A stretch of 63,096 bases of DNA, the filler included, from Octopus bimaculoides (lineage: Eukaryota): the NCBI RefSeq assembly GCF_001194135.2. It is 7 parts of 7 records of this genome, joined end to end, with 100 filler letters (N's around TTAATTAATTAA, not from the genome) between each part and the next. Parts side by side here need not be neighbours in the genome. Positions count along the whole stretch, not along the records: positions 29,869 to 39,460 come from NC_068986.1; positions 39,561 to 48,129 come from NC_068997.1; positions 48,230 to 54,389 come from NC_068987.1; 4 more parts are not named here. One strand, written 5' to 3'. Made by a program: the position numbers and the translations under genes. Below, piece by piece: positions 36,923 to 49,072 of this stretch (its first letter is position 1; each line of letters opens with the position of its first letter). The notes under the pieces were generated by a model. The model was not told the origin of the DNA. It worked only from the letters and a program-made list of their open reading frames with translations, and did not search any database.

Positions 36923-37523
36923 TGGTTCTACACTCTTTAGATATTTCACATATGGAGTAATATGGGGTAATGGGGCACCTAGGGTCAGAATGACAGAAAA
37001 ACACTTTCTCCCTATCTCACTTTCTCCCTATCTCTTACTAACACATACACAGAGTAAGACACCTTCTTTCTCTCTCTGACAACACACCTCTCTTTCTCTC
37101 TTAGTCAAACACATAGTCGCTAAATAAAAATGCGAGAAAAAGTAAATAAATAAAATTTACGCTCTCTCTCTATCTCTAATTTTAAACACACACAAACGCG
37201 CGCGCGCGCACACACACACATAGCAATACACATTGTATACGTCAGCTTGATCGGAATTGAGAAGGGGTTCGTTGTCTGCAATGTACTGTTTGAGCTTTCG
37301 GATGTTGTAGAATGTTTCCCTGAGAATGAGGTGATACACCCCCCCACACACACATTCCAGTGTAAGGGAGATAATCAATTTCTGACCGTTACTTCGCAAA
37401 AAATTAACTCCCCTATCCACAATAGTCACCATAGAAGGTTTTTCTGACATTCTGACCCTAGGTGCCCCATTACTCCATATTACTCCATATGTGAAATATC
37501 TAAAGAGTGTAGAACCATCTGTG
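36917..37523. mobile_element. MITE with ~80-bp TIRs starting CACAGATGG
   Basis: 36917-37000 is the near-perfect reverse complement of 37441-37523. Confidence 0.8.
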
Positions 37524-37659
37524 GAATATATGTGATGTATTTGCCAGGCAGGAACAAAATCGGATGAAAGATATTGATTTTACGTAGCTTGCTAACGGTC
37601 GGTCACACACACACACATCTTCGTCTTATATATTACACACTCACACACACATACAGATA

Positions 37660-37695
<36 letters not shown>

Positions 37696-39169
37696 NNNNN
37701 NNNNNNNNNNNNNNNNNNNNNNNNNNNNNNNNNNNNNNNNNNNNNNNNNNNNNNNNNNNNNNNNNNNNNNNNNNNNNNNNNNNNNNNNNNNNNNNNNNNN
37801 NNNNNNNNNNNNNNNNNNNNNNNNNNNNNNNNNNNNNNNNNNNNNNNNNNNNNNNNNNNNNNNNNNNNNNNNNNNNNNNNNNNNNNNNNNNNNNNNNNNN
37901 NNNNNNNNNNNNNNNNNNNNNNNNNNNNNNNNNNNNNNNNNNNNNNNNNNNNNNNNNNNNNNNNNNNNNNNNNNNNNNNNNNNNNNNNNNNNNNNNNNNN
38001 NNNNNNNNNNNNNNNNNNNNNNNNNNNNNNNNNNNNNNNNNNNNNNNNNNNNNNNNNNNNNNNNNNNNNNNNNNNNNNNNNNNNNNNNNNNNNNNNNNNN
38101 NNNNNNNNNNNNNNNNNNNNNNNNNNNNNNNNNNNNNNNNNNNNNNNNNNNNNNNNNNNNNNNNNNNNNNNNNNNNNNNNNNNNNNNATACACGTTTAAC
38201 TTCTCTGTTACATTTCATTTTCATTCTTCTAAAATACAGACGCTGAATTATGAAGGTCCTCTTAAACACGAGAGCTGCTGCTGGCCAAGTTGTTAGGACT
38301 CCAGCTTAGCTACTGAGAGGTTTAGAGTTCATATTTTCTTACTGCTTGCATTACATCTCATTGACAAAACAACATAAACAAAACTATAATCACCCAGAGA
38401 CACAGTTCGCCTTTGCAAACAGTCTATAATTTGTGTAATTATAGAGGACTTTTTTGGCAAGCAGTAACATAATCTATACAAAAAAAAAAAGCTAAACCGG
38501 CGTCGTCATTATTCATTTATTACTAACCACTGGAATTAACCAACTAATCTCTATTTCACCAATGGAATTCCGCGATTTGGTTATTGAAACGAAATCTTGA
38601 CATTTCAAATGATTGCTGCTAATTGTACTGATAGTAAAGATTTCTTTTAACTAAGACTAATAAGGAAGCACTTCATTGGAACTGGAACACAACAGATTCA
38701 TGTCTAAATGACTTCACTATCAAGCTGTCTAACATCTCATGAATAACGGTGTCATCATGACCAAACCCTGGTCATTACAGTGACCTATGGCACTGTAGTG
38801 TACAGGTCATCGGACTCTTGGGGCCGCTTACCAGGTTTTCATGGCGTATAAGTGGCCGAAATCACAACACTTCCTCTGAACGGCACAAGAGTCCATCGCA
38901 GGGTCACTCATTTATAGCAGAATGGAGTGGAGCAATGGAAAATGAAGTATTTTCTTCAAGAACACAACGCATGGCCCGATCTCGGAATCGAATCAATGAT
39001 CTCGGAACCATGAGTACAACACCCTAACCACTGGGCCACGTGTCAACTAAGCAGGCACTATATTCGAGGAATACGAAGTATATTTGCAGTAGCGTGGGTT
39101 TTGATTGCTTAACGTCGTTGCCAAATTGAACGCCTCCTTCCTTAAACTAACGCACCTATTTTCCTCCGA

Positions 39170-39385
39170 AGGCGGCGAGCTGGCCGAAACGTTAGCGTGC
39201 CGGATGAAATGCTTAGCGGTATTTCGTCTGTCTTTACGTTCTGAGTTCAAATTCCGCCCAGGTCTACTTTGTTTTTCATCCTTTTAGGGTCGATAAATTA
39301 AGTACCAGTTGCATACTGGGTCGATCTAATTGACTGGTCCTCTTCCCCCATATTTCGGGCCTTGTGCCAAGTGTAGAAAAGAAAA
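39170..39385 (+). mobile_element. tRNA-derived SINE (ggcgagctggc family), CpG-intact copy
   Basis: ggcggcgagctggccgaaacgttagcgtgccgg...gagttcaaattccgcc. Confidence 0.85.
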
Positions 39386-39560
39386 GGTGGTGAGCTGGCA
39401 GAATTATCAGCACACCATAAAAAAAATACTTGGCGACATTTCGTTCAACTTTACTTTTTANNNNNNNNNNNNNNNNNNNNNNNNNNNNNNNNNNNNNNNN
39501 NNNNTTAATTAATTAANNNNNNNNNNNNNNNNNNNNNNNNNNNNNNNNNNNNNNNNNNNN

Positions 39561-39845
39561 TAACTTTCATAACCTGATCTAACAGCTTGATGCCTCTGTA
39601 ATTATTTGTATCTAAAGCGTCCCCTTTACCTTTGTAGCAGTTGACTATGATGCTGCTACACCAGTCATAGGGTATGACTCCTTCGTGTATCACCTGGTTC
39701 GTAATACGGGTGACTAGGCTATAGCCAACACTGCCAGATATTTTGAGCATCTCTGCAGTGATTCCTGATGGGCCGGGGGCTTTCCCGGTCTTCATACTCT
39801 TAATTGCTTTATCTACCCTGGTACTATCAACTCGGATAGCTGGTC
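39561..39845 (-). mobile_element. RTE LINE RT N-terminal fragment
   Basis: MKTGKAPGPSGITAEMLK...NCYKGKGDALDTNNYRGIKLL; near-duplicate of 44270-44550. Confidence 0.9.
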
Positions 39846-40129
39846 AGTTATAAAATATTTTGTAAAATTTACTTATGAGATTTTTATTTCCGTGCTGACC
39901 ACCTGGTAAAATCATTAATGACCTTTACTCTTTATTATAAATATATATTAATATATATAAATACATATATTTTCATATCTAGCGTGAACTACACATCTCT
40001 TCAATTTCTCTAAACAGTAACCGTTCTCTGCAAAGGATGTTTTTTTTAAAAACACAAGAATGCCAGTGATAGTTCAAGAAATAATCCTCTTTAAAAATTA
40101 TGGCTGGGTGAGTTATCTTCCTTCACTTG

Positions 40130-40680
40130 ATAGCTATGTTTTCCAATTATGAAGTAAAAATTTCCGAAAATGCAGACAATTCACCATGGCTTCTGTCCTG
40201 AAGTTAAGGTAGCCTCCTGGCTCATGTGAGTCCATGTGGATTATAAATCTTTCTGGCAAACACAATTTACACAGTCTTGTTCGATTGTGATAGGGTCCAC
40301 AAGTTTCCAATAATTTCCACCTCATGTTAAAGGGTGTATGATCATCCTTTAGGCGCCATACATATGCTGCAAGTGTTGTTGTGTTGTGTCTCTCTGGGAC
40401 CCTGAAAGAAGATCTGTGGTTGTTCAGGTGAATTTTAAATCTAGATTTACAAGATCCAACATAAATTTTAGTTTGTGTTTCTGTGTTGGTGTTGATGTTA
40501 CTGATATTTGTGCTGCTTCCATTTGAGGCTACCTTTGCTTGGTAGACTGTAGCCTCGATGTTACATCAACCATCCACTGGGCATTCATTCCTAATCCTGC
40601 ATGAACAACCTGCCTCTGTCCGTGGCTTAGGAGTGCTAAGTAATTTATTCTTAACATTGGGTACACAACTGAAAGAGATT
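40130..40680 (-). mobile_element. Penelope-like (Naiad-like) GIY-YIG endonuclease 3' part
   Basis: CSC.....CPVDG*C...VYQAKV...IYVGSC...FKIHLNNHRSSF...WRLK...RWKLLETCGPY...CKLCL.E...LN.R.E...CLH. Confidence 0.85.
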
Positions 40681-40689
40681 CTTAAATTA

Positions 40690-40835
40690 TACATTATTTA
40701 CATTTGATGGATATTTGTCCTCATCTTGTTTGTTGTTAACACGCTTTGGCTGATATAGCCTCCAGCCTTCATCAGGTGTCTTGGGGAAATTTCGAACCTG
40801 GTTTCTCATTCCTAAGGTATTTTTCGATGTTGTTA
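40690..40835 (-). repeat. Penelope pLTR-like short repeat with degenerate hammerhead core; second copy at 45870-46010 (+)
   Basis: cacCTGATGAaggctg...cagcc with GAAA mutated; the other copy has ATGATGA...GAAACATTGTG. Confidence 0.55.
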
Positions 40836-40844
40836 TTATTATTA

Positions 40845-40990
40845 TCTTAATATATAAAGCTGAAGTTGTGCGTGTGTGTGAAGCCTTTTTAAAAGTTTAT
40901 AGAAATCCACATTTTCCACTTTTTCGTAAAAATTTTTACATCAATGGAATTTTCTCGATGTGAACTTTCCATTAGATTTTTTAAAATCCG
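40845..40990 (+). mobile_element. Helitron-like 5' end
   Basis: A|TCttaatatataaagctgaagttgtgcgtgtgtgt: A^TC junction followed by a microsatellite-like start. Confidence 0.45.
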
Positions 40991-41123
40991 TTTACTTTGT
41001 GTGATTTAAGGGAGATTTGGCTTTTGTTTCTAGCAACTTTTATATTTCTTCCATTCTATCTGAACCGGCGTTCTTACACATCAATCACATGCTCAACATA
41101 TAATATAGAGAGTAAGAGTAAAA

Positions 41124-41160
<37 letters not shown>

Positions 41161-41849
41161 TGATACATACAAAGTCATAGATTAACTTGGTTTAAGACTA
41201 TTCTTTCCTTCTATCTACCTTTTCACTCTTATTTGGTTCTTCTTCCTCTCACCCATTTAATAGCTTTCTTCTATCCCTCTACCTCTGACTATCCAATTGA
41301 CCTGGTCATCTGGGGTTTATCGCCATTTCTCTGCTTCAACCATTGTCTGTCTGCATGTTCAGCGTCCTTGTCTCCTTTTAGTATTTTTTACCTATTTTTC
41401 ATAATATAGAAATGTAAAAACACACACAACCACACATGTGATCTGTGACAACAACATACACATAAATACATATACACATCAACATTATAGAAATAATATT
41501 TAGTTTGTGTGTGTTTCTGAAATAAACACGCACACGCATTGTTATTTTATAACTGTCTTCTGTTCTCCCTTCCTCTCTTTCTCTCTCTTCATTACTCCCA
41601 TTCTCTATTCCTTTCTCTTCCTCTCTCCCTCTTCTCTCTTGCTCTCTCAAATGCACACACATGCAAGTACACACAAGCATTCACTACAATATAACTAGAT
41701 CTTACCTTATTCTTTTAATTGTTTCAGTCATTTGACTGTGGCCATGCTGGAGCACCGCTATTTACGTAAAGACAGACAAAATACCGCTAAGTATTTCGCC
41801 TGTCATGCTAATGTTTCTGCCAGCTCGCTGCCTTTTACTACATGTTTGT

Positions 41850-42466
41850 CAATGTTTTGTAAATATACAAACTATGGAGCTTATGTAGATAGGACAACAC
41901 ATTGCAAATCAGTGAACTTAATTAGAAATGTGAAAACTACCCACCCTGCCATCCGTTACAATTTTTTGTTGTTCTGTTTAATATATACATAAATTATGTC
42001 TCCAAAGAAGAGAGTTTGCTGGGGAAAGAAAGCAACCGGTTTAAAAAGACAGCAACAGACTGCAGCAATTCATCACATTCCAGAAACTACTTTGAACATA
42101 ATGCAAAATGGTGCATCAACATCTACTGCCCAATCTGATAGAATTCTGGCAGAACTGTGTAGCAACAGATCACCAGCAATTGCTTCATCAGAAATTGCCG
42201 TCCTAGCTCCTGCGAAAAAAGTTGTTTTGCACAAGCATTTCTATAGCCAATTAGATGGATGAAATTTACGTACGCTTAATAATGTTAAGCAAAACAGCCT
42301 TCAGACTTTTCCTATTAATTTCATCGTCTTTTGAATTATGATCATATTTATATCATAAGGGTTTTTTCATTGTAAGGCTTTCTTTTTTAGTCGATTTTCA
42401 CCTAGTAAGATTTATTGTAGATGGTGTAATAAGTCACACCCGGACAATGTCGGGTTATACTGCTAG
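41850..42466 (+). mobile_element. Non-autonomous Helitron 3' part containing an 88-codon ORF (41996-42262)
   Basis: Hairpin cccggacaatgtcggg (42439-42454) 8 nt before CTAG|T (42463-42467). Confidence 0.7.
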
Positions 42467-42589
42467 TTATTACATATTCTTAAATTATGTCATTAAAGAT
42501 CTTTCTATATTTGTGTGATCGCGTGAAATGCTTATCAACCAACCTAAGAAAAATCTTATCTATGCAAGTCTAGATGTTAGGTGGTAATG

Positions 42590-43110
42590 AACTATAATGT
42601 CTTGTGGTGGCATTTCCTTTTATGGTTACTCAATCCAAGTACATATACTATATTCTCTTTGAACCCACTGGCTGCTAGCGCCTCATTGTAAATGGGAGCT
42701 GTGGTGCCGAAAATATCTTTATTTGAAGATAAGATCGAAATCCATTTACTGATACCTTTTATTAGATTTTTGAACACTATGGGTGGGAGGCAGGAGACTA
42801 TTAATGTACGATAGTCTATCATTCGGTTTACGGTGTGGTCTGTAGGTGCCACTATCTAGATCAAGCGTGACATCCAAGAAGTTCACTACAGTGCGGTTAG
42901 TTTCAATGGTGATTTTAAGGCTGAGGTCGTTTAGGGTGTGTATGATGTCTTTTCTAAGCCTATCTAAAGTATGGCTATTAGCGCCTCTGTAGATGGCTAA
43001 GGCATCATCTCTATATAAGCTGAAGAGGACAGAGAGGAATTTATTACCTAGAATGTCTATAATGTAAAACCCTATAAGGTCACAAATATCAGCGCTAATA
43101 TTATCACCAA
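42590..43110 (-). mobile_element. Penelope-like (Naiad-like) RT and thumb fragment
   Basis: ADICDLIGFYII...SLYRDDAL...VNFLDVTLDLDSGTYRPHRKPN...IFGTTAPIYNEALAASGF. Confidence 0.9.
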
Positions 43111-44100
43111 TAATAACCAATATATACATGGAATACTTTGAGAATTTGGCTTTAGGATCAATACCACTAAAACCAACACTACTGCTGCGATATGTTGATG
43201 ACACCTTCATACTCTGGCCCCACCAGCAAGAAGTCCAAGTGCTGTTAGATCATGTGAACTCAATAAAGCCATCCATACAGTTCACAATGGAAAAAGAAAA
43301 AGACAATCAGCTAGCATTCCTGGACGTATTAATACCATGCACCAAGGATGGATTCAGGACATCCATATACTGCAAGCCGACCTTCACTGGACAATACTTC
43401 AACTTCAACTCCTACCATACAGTGTAAAGAAAGGGATAGCTCAGTGCCTAAAACATTGAGCAATGAATGTAAGTAGTGATCCTGATACCCACCACGAAGA
43501 AATGATCAAGCTCAGTAACAATCTATTAAGCAACAACTACTCCAAAAGCATACTCTCCACTCCAATTATGAAGAAAAGAGAGGATGAAACCGATAAACTG
43601 TCCACAGTCTGTCTACCCTCTATGAAAGGCCTCTCTGAAAAGATACAAAAGATATGCGGCCCACATGATATCAGGACAGTATTCAAAAGTAATACAACAC
43701 TTCGCAAATATTTCCTTCGAGTAAAACCACCAATAGAAGAGAATATGACCAAGAACTGTGTGTACTCCATCCCGTGCAGCTGTGGTAGGTTATACAAAGG
43801 CGAAACATGCCGTTCCCTCAAAATAAGGGTAGAGAAACATCGCAAAGCTGTGACATGGGGAGATATTGATAAATCAGGTATAGCTGATCATGTATGGAAA
43901 AATGAAGACCACCTCCCCCTGTAGGATGAAGATAAAATAATAGACTGAGAACACCACTGGAAAATACGAAAACTAAAAGAAGCAGCACATATGCTAGGAC
44001 ACAACAACCTCCTAAACAGACCAAGTGCAGATATGAACAGCATATGGAAACTGGTATTAAAGAAGGTTAGGAGAATATTAGATTTATAAGCCCTAAAATT
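43110..44100 (+). mobile_element. Penelope/Poseidon-type element: RT C-half and GIY-YIG
   Basis: LLRYVDDTF, IQFTMEKE, LAFLDVLI, YCKPTFTGQY, VYSIPCSCGRLYKGET...R..KH. Confidence 0.9.
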
Positions 44101-44118
44101 CACTCCATAATTGCCCAT

Positions 44119-44209
44119 GGGCATATGGCATTGTGGTTAAGAGCGCGGGGCTACTAACCCCAAGATTCCGAGTTTGATTCCAGGCAGTGACCTGAATAAT
44201 AATAATAAT
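44119..44209 (+). tRNA. tRNA-derived short element or pseudo-tRNA with (TAA)n tail; not a functional tRNA
   Basis: gggcatatggcattgtggttaa (A-box-like), gggg-ctactaa-cccc stem-loop, gagtttgattcc (B-box-like), then aataataat. Confidence 0.45.
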
Positions 44210-44213
44210 TGCT

Positions 44214-45845
44214 CAATAAAGAGAATGAATGGGAGAAAGAGAGTCTGCCGAATGTCGACCCAACAGAGGGACCAGCTATCCGAGTTGACAGTACCATGGT
44301 AGATAAAGCAATTAAGAGTATGAAAACAGGGAAGGCCCCTGGCCCATCAGGAATCACTGCAGAGATGCTCAAAATATCTGGCAGTGTCGGCTATAGCCTA
44401 GTCACCCGTATTGTTAGCTAGGTGATACACGATGGAGTCATACCCAATGACTGGTGTTGCAGCACCAAAGTCAACAGCTACAAAGGTAAAGGTGACGCTT
44501 TAGATACAAATAATTACAGAGGTGTCAAGCTATTAGATCAGGTAATGAAAGTCACGGAGAGGGTCATAGCCCAATTACTTAGGGAGTGAGTCAGTTTAGA
44601 TGAGATGCAGTTTGGGTTATTGCCTGGGAAAAGCGATAACAGAGGAATTCAAGACAGGATGCCCCTGGGAGCTCCTCTATGCTGATGACCATGCACTAAT
44701 TGCTGAGTCACTATCAGAAATAGCGGAGAAGTTTCAGGTGTGGAAGCAAGGACTAGAATCGAAGGGCCTTAGAGTCAACCTAGCTAAAACCAAAGTCCTC
44801 ATAAGTAGGAAGGTAGAAAAAACACAAACCCCATCAGGTAGATGGCCCTGTTCGATCTGTAGAAAAGGCGTAGGTAGAAACTCTATAAGATGCACCCAGT
44901 GCAAGCTATGGACATATAAGAGATGTAGCAATATCAAAGGCAGGTTAACTAGGAAGTTAGTTTTTGTATGTAGCAGATGTTCACGAGCTATAAACACTGT
45001 AAATATGCCGAAAACAATTTCTGCCACATTCCAGGGAAAAAAACTAGAAGTGGTTGATGTGGCGAGAATGGATGAGGATAGCTGTGTGAAAAAGTGCCAC
45101 ACCCTAGCAGTTGAGGGAACCTGTGGAAGAGGTAGGCCCAGGAAGACCTGGGATGAGGTGGTGAGGCACGACCTTCGAACATTGGGCCTCACCGAGGCGA
45201 TGACTTCAGACCGAGACCTTTGGAAATATGCTGTGAAGACCTGGCAAGCCAAGTGAGACCTAAAGCGAAGGCCTCTGCAAGTGGTGTAGTCAGCCCACTT
45301 ATGCATACCTTTCCTTCATTGGACACTAAACTCCGCTTGCGAAGACCTGTTGAGGCAATTGAAATCGAAATCAAAATCAAACTAAATTCAATGACTGGCA
45401 CCCATGCCAACGTCATCTCCTTCATTGGACACGAAACTCGGCTTACAAAGACCTGTTGGGGCAAGCGAAAGCGAAATAGTGATGGCACCTATGCCCAAAG
45501 TCACCTTCCTGGCACTTGTGCCGGTGGAATGTATAAAGACATTCGAGTGAGATCGTTGCCAGTGCCGCTGGACTGGCTCCTGTGCAGGTGGCACGTAAAA
45601 TACACCATTTTGAGCATGGCCGTTGCCAGTACCGCCTGAGTGGCCTTCGTGCCGGTGGCACGTAAAAGCACCCAATACACTCTCGGAGTGGTTGGCGTTA
45701 GGAAGGGCATCCAGCTGTAGAAACTCTGCCAAATAAGATTGGAGCCTGGTGTAGCCATCTAGTTCACCAGTCCTCAGTCAAATCATCCAACCCATGCTAG
45801 CATGGAAAGCGGACGTTAAATGATGATGATGATGATGATGATGAA
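44214..45845 (+). mobile_element. RTE LINE, 5'-truncated and with two internal deletions, long 3' UTR and (TGA)n tail
   Basis: KAPGPSGI, NYRGVKLL, MQFGL, then a jump to ITEEFKTGCPWELLYADD, KVLI, CS.C, then a jump to RMDEDSCVKK..GRGRPRKTW. Confidence 0.92.
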
Positions 45846-46021
45846 TAGTAATAATAATAACAACAACAACATCGAAAAAGAACTTAGCAATGAGAACCCA
45901 GGTTCAAAATTTCTCCAAGACATATGATGAAGGCTGGAGGGTATATCAGCTGAAACATTGTGTTAACAAGAAACAAGATGAGGACAAATATCCATCAAAT
46001 GTAAATCATATAGTTAATAAT

Positions 46022-46056
<35 letters not shown>

Positions 46057-46058
<2 letters not shown>

Positions 46059-46788
46059 AAAATTCTATAATTATAAGCATAATTATAATTAGGGATCAGA
46101 AAACTGCTTCACCACATACCGAAATTCAGAAATAGCAGTTAAATACTATTCTGTACCATAAGATATCTCCCAGACAGCAATACTCTCAATTCACATACGT
46201 AAAGAGAGAAACTAACGAATCCACCCGGCTTTGATCAACTACATACGCGTTTCTGGATTAAAGAGATATAAAATTTTATTTTTACTAACTTATTTCCGTC
46301 TTCAGTGTAGTATTTCAATGGTAAATTTGAGAGTACTAATAATTAAATACGTATTCAACCAGGCAACATTGAATAGCTAATATTCAGAAACCAGCACTTC
46401 CGAATTTATACAGACGATAAAAAATGACCTGTATAAATTTGGAAGTGCTGGTTTTTGGATATTAGCTATTCGATGTCACTTGATCGAATATGTATTCAAT
46501 TATTAATACTCTCAAATTTACAACTGAAATACTACACTGAAGACGGAAATAAGTGAGTGAAAATAAAATTTTACATCTCTTTAATCCAGAAACGCGTATG
46601 TAGTTGATCAAAGCCAGGTGGATTCGTTAGTTTCTCTCTATACGTACGTGAATTGAGAGTATTGCTGTCTGGGAGATATCTTATGGTAGAAGAATAGTAT
46701 TTAACTGCTATTTCTAAATTTCAGTATGTGGTGAAGCAATTTTTGCTGAAGCCTAATTATAATTATGCTTATAATTATAGAATTTTTG
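46057..46788. mobile_element. Foldback MITE: near-perfect 732-bp palindrome, TA-flanked
   Basis: ~357-bp arms (caaaaattctataattataagc... / ...gcttataattatagaatttttg) with a 15-nt loop at 46414-46428. Confidence 0.93.
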
Positions 46789-47422
46789 TATAAGGTTACC
46801 GATAAAGGTTATTTTAACATAGCGAACTACTTGGTAAAATTACTAATTAATTTTACCCTTTATTATTATTGAGAGTATATATATATATATATACATATAT
46901 AAATATAGAAAATACATATATATATAATATATATTGCATATATACTTATATATATACTAGCAAATGCCCCTACCCCGGTCCATTGGATGATTTGTATAGG
47001 TGAAGCGGGTTAACTTGGATGGTGTTAAGTTGTGGAGATGTTTGTATGGGGTTGTTACTTTTGGTTAGGGCATTAAAGATTCCTGAGACATTAAAACTGT
47101 TTCTTCTAATTAAGGAAAATTGATAGATAGTGAATCTTAACATAGTGAACCTTTTCAAAATTGTAATGAGACCAATAAAATGAAGGAAAGCTGTTCAGCC
47201 CACAATATATACAACTTCCAGTGGAATTGGACATCATAATTAACCTTAAACTTTTTGCACTCAAACACTTTCACATTAGGATAAGCACAATGCACTCTCC
47301 CATAGTACATACCTCATGTTCACACCTATACGCCAAACTGAACACTGTTTTATCTCCAAAGTGAATACAGCAAGTGATATTTAAGCAATAAACAGTTCTT
47401 TGGGTTTTGCATTTAACGACTA

Positions 47423-48129
47423 TAACAAAGGAATTCAAGACAGGATGCCCTTAGGAGCTCCTCTATGCTGATGACCTTGCACTAATTGCTGAGTCACTAT
47501 CACAATTAGAGGAGAAGTTTCAGGTATGGAAGCAAGGACTAGAATCGAAGGGCCTTAGAGTCAACCTAGCTAAAACCAAAGTCCTCATAAGTAGGAAGGC
47601 AGACAAAACACAAACCCCTTCAGGTAGATGGCCCTGCTCGATCTGTAGAAAAGGAGTGGGAAGTAACTCTATAAGATGCACCCAGTGCAAGCTATGGACA
47701 CATAAAAGGTGCAGAAATATCAAAGGAAGGTTAACTAGGAAGTTAGTTTTAGTTTGCAGCAGATGTTCTGGAGCTATAAATACTGGAAATGTGCAGAAAA
47801 CAACTTCTGCCACATTCCAGGGAGAAAAGCTAGAAGTGGTTGATAGCTTCCGCTATCTTGGTGACCAAATTAGCAGTGGAGGTGGGTGCCCTGAAAGCGT
47901 AGCTGCTAGAATTAGAATAGCCTGGGCAAAGTTCAGAGAGCTCTTACCTCTGCTGGCGACAAAGGGTCTCTCTCTCAGAGTAAAAGGCAGATTGTATGAC
48001 GCATGTGTACGAACAGCCATGCTTCATGGCAGTGAAACATGGGCCGTGACTGCTGAGGACATGCGTAGGCTAGCAAGGAATGAAGCCAGTATGCTCCGAT
48101 GGATGTGTAATGTCAGTGTGCATACAAGA
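47423..48129 (+). mobile_element. RTE LINE RT C-half fragment
   Basis: ELLYADDL...FRYLGDQI...RI..AWAKFREL...GRLYDACVRTAMLHGSETW. Confidence 0.92.
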
Positions 48130-49034
48130 NNNNNNNNNNNNNNNNNNNNNNNNNNNNNNNNNNNNNNNNNNNNTTAATTAATTAANNNNNNNNNNNNNNN
48201 NNNNNNNNNNNNNNNNNNNNNNNNNNNNNCTCCCCCCTCCTCCTCCTCCTCCTCGTCCTCCTCAGGCTATTTTCCCCACGCTGTTTTACATTTCGTTCCA
48301 TCACGATCATTCTCTTTCCTCTGATTTTGCCCTGACCCTGTACTCTACCGGTCAATCTTTACTACGTACGTCTGTATACCTGACGCCTATCATCAACACT
48401 ACTATCTCACTGTCATCGTCAATATAACCAGTACCACTGACAAGAAATAAAAAACGTGATTCTTCTTCTTCTTCTTCTTCTTCTTCTTCTTCTTCTTCTT
48501 CTTCTTCTTCTTCTTCTTCTTCTTCTTCTTCTNNNNNNNNNNTCTTCTTCTTCTTCTTCTTCTTCTTCTTCTTCTTCTTCTTCTTCTTCTTCTTCTTCTT
48601 CTTCGTCGTCGTCGTCATCATCGTCATCATCAGCATCCTCATCATCATCTCAATCGTCATCATCATCATCATCATCATCATCAAAACCAGCGGCAACAAT
48701 ACAGCTAACAAAATGATCTATGGTAGCAGCGAATAGATAAGCTGCGAAAATACTTTCCCCAACATTTAAATAGCTTGTATGTATGTATGTATGTATGTAT
48801 ATATGTATGTATGTATATATGTATGTATGTAAGCATGTAAGCATGTGTGTGTGTGTGTATGTGTGTATGCATGCATTAATGTGTGCATGTACCTACGAGT
48901 GTGTGCATGTGTATATATGTATGTTCGTGTGTATGTGTGTATATATATATATATATATATGTATGGGTGTGTATGTTTCTAGGCATATATGTATGTGTTC
49001 GTGTATGCATTTGCCTACATACCTATTTATAATG

Positions 49035-49072
<38 letters not shown>

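Noticed and set aside
40573-40575. In-frame TGA in the PLE Zn-finger/GIY-YIG region as possible selenocysteine (some Naiads encode Sec)
   Set aside because: The TGA is not at a conserved Cys position; it sits next to one and is most simply a CGA-to-TGA CpG transition
46957-47420. Second Helitron 3' end on the minus strand (CTAG|T)
   Set aside because: The subterminal hairpin is poor, so it is not supported well enough to annotate
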